The position numbers and the translations under genes are program-made. Positions 60,046-64,000 of a stretch of DNA of 64,000 nt are shown one piece after another; position 1 is the first letter of the stretch, and each line of letters begins with the position of its first letter. Under the pieces are notes generated by a model. That model did not search any database and was not told the origin of the DNA. It saw only the letters and a list, made by a program, of their open reading frames with translations. The stretch lies in the IMG/VR virus record IMGVR_UViG_3300010149_000008. The stretch is one strand, 5' to 3'. The stretch is from a virus (taxonomy: Duplodnaviria > Caudoviricetes).

Positions 60046-60476
60046 TGGCAATATCACATATACCAAGATCTGTAGGACATAACTTTGCTCCAGAATACCA
60101 AATTAGTGCTGTTCCTTATATGAGATCTTTAACAGTTGGTAATACTTTAGTTGATGAAGAAAATGACATAAGATCATTTTCATTTCCAAAAATAACTCAG
60201 TGGCTAAGTTTTAAAACATTGGCAGGGGTGACTGTAACAGTTTATTTCTGTAAAGAAGATGCTGTAAGCCTATCAAACGGTTTGGTAGTTGCAGCTGAAA
60301 CGACACTTCCTTTACATTTAAGATGTACTAAGCTATATTTTAATAATCGAGCAGTTGATGCAGATCCAAACCCAGGAGACGCAGGTCTAGCTATTCAAGT
60401 AAGAGCTGGTTTAACAACAATTGATGCATCTGAGTTTAACAATGTAGTAGAAACATTTTTAGAGGCTAATAACTAA
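60045..60476 (+). CDS. Small head-module structural protein (hypothetical)
   Basis: The ATG at 60045 (TAATG overlap, GGAG upstream) is preferred over the GTG at 60036. Beta-rich (FPKITQWLSF, LHLRCTKLYF). Confidence 0.6.
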   Translation: MAISHIPRSVGHNFAPEYQISAVPYMRSLTVGNTLVDEENDIRSFSFPKITQWLSFKTLAGVTVTVYFCKEDAVSLSNGLVVAAETTLPLHLRCTKLYFNNRAVDADPNPGDAGLAIQVRAGLTTIDASEFNNVVETFLEANN

Positions 60477-60919
60477 TGGCAAAAGTAAGTAAAAGTTTAT
60501 TAAAAGAGATTGTTAAAGAGTGCTTAGTTGAGATTCTTGCTGAGGGCTTAACAGGTGGTGACACCGAGGCTTTAACAGAAAGCGTGCAAAAAGTAAAGCC
60601 TGTTAGGCGTGCTAGCAGTAAAGATAGAATTATGAAAAATATTCTTCCTCCTAAGCAAAAAGTTGTTAATGAAGACTTTGAAAAAAATATGAAAAGTGTT
60701 ATTTCAAATACAACAAAAGATCCTGTAATGGCAGCACTTTTAGCAGACACTGCTCAAACAACATTACAAGAGCAAAATACTGCTGATAGTGGAAATAGAT
60801 TTGCAGCGCGTCCAACAGACAGTGCTAGCAGAGCGGTGGCAGAAAGTGACCCTTCAGAATTGTTTGGAGGAGCAGCTGCAAATTGGGCACAGTTAGCTTT
60901 TTCTGATAGTATGAAGTAA
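60476..60919 (+). CDS. Small head/prohead core-associated protein (hypothetical)
   Basis: N-terminal LLKEIVKECLVEILAEG helix; DPVMAALLADTA; W..LAF near the C-terminus. Confidence 0.6.
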   Translation: MAKVSKSLLKEIVKECLVEILAEGLTGGDTEALTESVQKVKPVRRASSKDRIMKNILPPKQKVVNEDFEKNMKSVISNTTKDPVMAALLADTAQTTLQEQNTADSGNRFAARPTDSASRAVAESDPSELFGGAAANWAQLAFSDSMK

Positions 60920-60956
60920 ATTATTAATTAAGACTATAAGTTTAACTGACAAGCAT

Positions 60957-60969
60957 ATATTTATAAATA
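60957..60969 (+). promoter_or_regulatory. Candidate late promoter motif including exact T4 late consensus TATAAATA
   Basis: ATATTTATAAATA, with TATAAATA at 60962-60969; 39 nt before 60996. Confidence 0.55.
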
Positions 60970-60995
60970 CAATATAAAATATATGGAGTTATATT

Positions 60996-61274
60996 ATGGC
61001 TAGAAGAAAGAAGCTGACACCACGCGTATTGCGTAGAATTATTGCTGAAGAAAGCGCAAAATTAAATGAGACTTTAGAGATGGGACTCAAACACCCATCA
61101 GAGGCTCCTAAGCGCACAAAGGAAGTTGATGCTCACAAGTATGCAGACTCATTAGAGTCATGTATGGATTATTATAAAATGTGTTGCATTAAAGAAGAAA
61201 AAGTTTTAAAGCATCTTAGAGTAATTCAAGAGGCAAAGAGACGTCTTAAAAAGAAGATGATTCGCAAACTTTAA
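60996..61274 (+). CDS. Small basic head-module protein (hypothetical)
   Basis: 92 aa; LTPRVLRRIIAEE; coiled-coil C-terminus; has its own SD (GGAG) and upstream motif. Confidence 0.65.
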   Translation: MARRKKLTPRVLRRIIAEESAKLNETLEMGLKHPSEAPKRTKEVDAHKYADSLESCMDYYKMCCIKEEKVLKHLRVIQEAKRRLKKKMIRKL

Positions 61275-61280
61275 TTTGTC

Positions 61281-61288
61281 ATATTTAA
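61281..61288 (+). promoter_or_regulatory. Candidate late promoter motif
   Basis: (GTC)ATATTTAA(ATA), 38 nt before 61319. Confidence 0.45.
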
Positions 61289-61318
61289 ATAATGAAAGTT
61301 TATCAATAGGAGTATCTC

Positions 61319-61990
61319 ATGGCTAAAGGTGCAAACGGAACAATAGATCTAGCAAGCTTTGAACAATTAAGAGTTCAAAGACTTTCAACTAGTGCAAGAA
61401 ACTTAGAACATTCTGGTGGAAAATCTTTTGGCATTGCAACCGATAGACTTGACAGTATATTTACGTCAAGCCCACTTTTATCTTCAAATAGAGTAGCAGA
61501 TATAGAAGGTTCTAGAGATCCTGACAAAATTCAAGTTTTAGACGGCGACATTTATAAAATGTATGCTAATGTTGTTGACGGTGATAATAGCATAAATGGA
61601 TTTGGCTTTGAAGGAACTGATACAGTTAATTTAAATTATAAACACCCACAAAATCCTTTTTATATTCAAAGTTCTAACAGCGTTGATTTTTCTTTATTAA
61701 CTACAGGTGCTATGCAAACAGATTCAGAAGGAAATATTGCGCATTACGCGGGATCACCAGATTTAATACCTAATAATCTAGATAGCCCAGAAACTGAAAT
61801 TGGAAATACAACGCCTATATTTGAAACATCTGATGGCACTAATATACCGCATAGAAGAGAAAATTTATTTGGTTCTACAGATGCAAGTTATGCTAGCATT
61901 GTTGATAACGAGCAAGGGCTAGGATTTAGTGGTAATCCTGATACTATAGATACTATAGGCAAATATTTTAATAAAAAGTTTAACAACTAA
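61319..61990 (+). CDS. Hypothetical virion protein (possible paralog of 62003-62767)
   Basis: 223 aa; SD AGGAG; shares short motifs with the next ORF. Confidence 0.6.
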   Translation: MAKGANGTIDLASFEQLRVQRLSTSARNLEHSGGKSFGIATDRLDSIFTSSPLLSSNRVADIEGSRDPDKIQVLDGDIYKMYANVVDGDNSINGFGFEGTDTVNLNYKHPQNPFYIQSSNSVDFSLLTTGAMQTDSEGNIAHYAGSPDLIPNNLDSPETEIGNTTPIFETSDGTNIPHRRENLFGSTDASYASIVDNEQGLGFSGNPDTIDTIGKYFNKKFNN

Positions 61991-62002
61991 AGGAAAATTC
62001 TC

Positions 62003-62767
62003 ATGGCAATAAACATTCCTATTAGACAAACATCAAAAAAATATGGTTTTATTACAGATAATGCTAGGGTTCATGGCAATTCAAGCCTTGAGAATGAGTC
62101 ATATGGCGCAGCAAATTTTGGTGAAAAAGGTTTAGGTAATCATACTAGTCTAAAATCTATTTTTAATCATCCTAATAGTATAATAAACGGAGGAAATGGC
62201 AGCGAAGACAAAGACATGATTATAGCACCTGCTTTTTTACAAGGAAGAAATGACCTTTCCGGAAAATCATTAGGAGATGAAATTGCAGCTGCATTAGAGA
62301 TTATAGAAAGAAAAATAAGCGAAAGAGAAACAACATTAGCTGCTCAAACTCCACCTGGCGACAGAGATGCAGATACTGTATTACAAAAACTTTTGCAAGA
62401 CGAGTCGACGCTTAGTGGAATTATTAACAACGAAACAAGCGACCCTGCAGCACTATCAGCTTTGCTAGTTTCTTCTGAATTTGAATACAATCCAGACTTT
62501 CCATTAAGCAATGTAAATTTTGGTTATGGCGCAATAACTACTGAAACTTCTCGTGCTAAAGACTTACACAGTAGAACAACTGCTGCACCTCGTTCACCTA
62601 ATGTAAACTTTCCTTCTTTAAATTCATCACTCAATAACAATGAAGCCACGGCTAACGCTAATACAGACATACAAGGTCTAGACGGTCAAGGTGGTTTTGG
62701 ATCCTCTACATCATCAAACTTTAGCACTTCAACTATCATTACAGCAATTATAAATAGATATATTTAA
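62003..62767 (+). CDS. Hypothetical virion protein
   Basis: 254 aa; SD AAGGA; Asn/Ser/Gly-rich with a central helical segment. Confidence 0.6.
   Translation: MAINIPIRQTSKKYGFITDNARVHGNSSLENESYGAANFGEKGLGNHTSLKSIFNHPNSIINGGNGSEDKDMIIAPAFLQGRNDLSGKSLGDEIAAALEIIERKISERETTLAAQTPPGDRDADTVLQKLLQDESTLSGIINNETSDPAALSALLVSSEFEYNPDFPLSNVNFGYGAITTETSRAKDLHSRTTAAPRSPNVNFPSLNSSLNNNEATANANTDIQGLDGQGGFGSSTSSNFSTSTIITAIINRYI
62760..62767 (+). promoter_or_regulatory. Candidate late promoter motif (overlaps upstream stop codon)
   Basis: ATATTTAA, 20 nt before 62780. Confidence 0.25.
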
Positions 62768-62779
62768 TAAAGGTATGTT

Positions 62780-63589
62780 ATGCCGGGTTTAACAACAAAT
62801 CCTAATTTAGGTAGAGGTCAAGGATACTACACGCGTAATGATCTCGGTTATGGAAAGACCGACAGTGGCAGTGGAGTTGGAGGTGGTCTAGGATCACCTT
62901 GGGCAGTTTCAGGCAATGCTGGAATATATAAAGAAAAGTCTGAGTACGAAAAAGAGTTAGACAAAGATAGATTTGAGCAAGACAAAGAAGATGACTGTGA
63001 TATAGAGGAGTTTGAATTAGATGTTAAACTTAAACAAAAATCTTTTACATCTAATAGTAAAGACGTATCAGACTTCGGAGTAAAATCCGGAACTGATCCT
63101 TATTCTTTTAACGGTCTTGCTAACACATCTCAGTATCTAGGTGCTGGTTATGATAGAGGAGAAAGTGTCCTTAAAGAATTCATAAGAGAAGCTTTGCAAG
63201 AAGAGATGTTAAGAGAAATAACTTCGATGTCTGTTAGAGTTATGGTTAAAGGAACAGTTGGTGACACTTACAAGAAAAGTAAAGCAAACGTATCAAATAC
63301 AAATCAAATGTCTCCAGGCGATCCATCTATAAAGCAAAGAGGGTATGATAACAATAATAGAAAAGCAAGAACACCTGATAAATGGCCATATTCTATACCT
63401 GACGAGCCAACAGCTTCAGGAACTAAAAGAATGAATTTCCTAGACGATGACATATCTGATGAGTTTGATTGGGAAAATGATAGTTATACAACTGGAAAAT
63501 ATTTGTATGATACTACTAAGCAAGAATACGTTGACGAAAAAAATCTTAAAAATCATATTAAAAAAACGAAATTTAATTTAAATAGATAA
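62780..63589 (+). CDS. Hypothetical head-module protein
   Basis: 269 aa; GLGYG-type N-terminus (DLGYG), acidic patch, VLKEFIREALQEE helix. Confidence 0.6.
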   Translation: MPGLTTNPNLGRGQGYYTRNDLGYGKTDSGSGVGGGLGSPWAVSGNAGIYKEKSEYEKELDKDRFEQDKEDDCDIEEFELDVKLKQKSFTSNSKDVSDFGVKSGTDPYSFNGLANTSQYLGAGYDRGESVLKEFIREALQEEMLREITSMSVRVMVKGTVGDTYKKSKANVSNTNQMSPGDPSIKQRGYDNNNRKARTPDKWPYSIPDEPTASGTKRMNFLDDDISDEFDWENDSYTTGKYLYDTTKQEYVDEKNLKNHIKKTKFNLNR

Positions 63590-63596
63590 TTTCGTC

Positions 63597-63604
63597 ATAT
63601 TTAT
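63597..63604 (+). promoter_or_regulatory. Candidate late promoter motif
   Basis: (GTC)ATATTTAT, 50 nt before the scaffold-like gene. Confidence 0.45.
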
Positions 63605-63646
63605 TGATATATATTAATAGAAAAATTATTAAATGTGAGTAATATA

Positions 63647-64000
63647 ATGGCGAACAATTTATATGAAGAAGCAATTAATGCTGCTGAACAAATTAAAGCA
63701 GCTGCTGAGAATAAAGTTAAGCAACAGTTAGTTGAAGCAATGTCTCCAAAAATTAAAGATCTTATTGAAAGGTCTTTGATGGGCGAAGAAATTGACGAGA
63801 TGAGCGATGCTGCACCTATTCAAGCATCTGATGAAAATCAAGATGTTGTTGACAAAAGGGTTGTCGACGACAAAAAAGAAGACAGCAAAAAAGAAGACAG
63901 CAAAAAAGAAAAAGTTGATGGTGAAGAAGAAGTAAAAGAAAGTGACGGCACAGAAGAGTGTGGTACTATGGAAGATGACAAAAGTGAATCTTATAAATCT
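63647..64000 (+). CDS. Prohead scaffold/core-like protein, 3'-truncated (not in the ORF track)
   Basis: Translated by hand: MANNLYEEAINAAEQIKAAAENKVKQQLVEAMSPKIKDLIERSL..., then a very acidic region; open to the window end. Position after the protease cluster fits a gp22-like scaffold ahead of the major capsid gene. Confidence 0.65.
   Translation, partial: MANNLYEEAINAAEQIKAAAENKVKQQLVEAMSPKIKDLIERSLMGEEIDEMSDAAPIQASDENQDVVDKRVVDDKKEDSKKEDSKKEKVDGEEEVKESDGTEECGTMEDDKSESYKS
63871..63910 (+). repeat. 15-bp tandem repeat (KKEDS x2.6)
   Basis: CAAAAAAGAAGACAG at 63871-63885 and 63886-63900, partial copy to 63910. Confidence 0.85.

Noticed and set aside
1-64000. Alternative genetic code (TAG or TGA recoding as in some jumbo phages)
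   Set aside because: Genes up to 6.7 kb are open and tile the window under code 11; conserved proteins are complete.
1-64000. tRNA, rRNA or structured ncRNA genes
   Set aside because: All intergenic gaps are under about 80 nt and AT-rich, with no cloverleaf or T-loop (GTTCGA) context seen.
1-64000. Eukaryotic giant virus (NCLDV) or bacterial chromosome origin
   Set aside because: T4-type terminase, portal, protease and baseplate genes with SD sites and operonic overlaps indicate a tailed bacteriophage; no host housekeeping genes or integrase are present.

Overview
The window is a single-strand (+), gene-dense virion morphogenesis region of a T4-like (myovirus-type) jumbo phage in the standard genetic code. 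It opens with a 5'-truncated structural gene and two very large modular tail-fibre-like genes (2.6-11.4 kb). A non-structural cassette follows (Fe-S PD-(D/E)XK nuclease, two GT4-type glycosyltransferases, a membrane protein, a gp55-like late sigma factor). Next is an about 33 kb baseplate/tail block: a spike-like protein with an HxH tip, gp25, gp6, LamG-bearing wedge proteins, giant Asn-rich orphans and tail-collar-like half proteins. A RuvC-like resolvase, a primase and a single-chain Mre11-Rad50 (SbcD-SbcC) fusion then run directly into the terminase large subunit, portal, prohead protease, several small head proteins and a 3'-truncated scaffold-like gene. A recurrent ATA[AT]TTA[AT] motif lies upstream of structural genes, and ten junctions are TAATG stop/start overlaps. 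I saw no tRNA, rRNA, CRISPR array, intein or credible minus-strand gene. All calls come from motif recognition by eye, with no database search, so novelty is untested.
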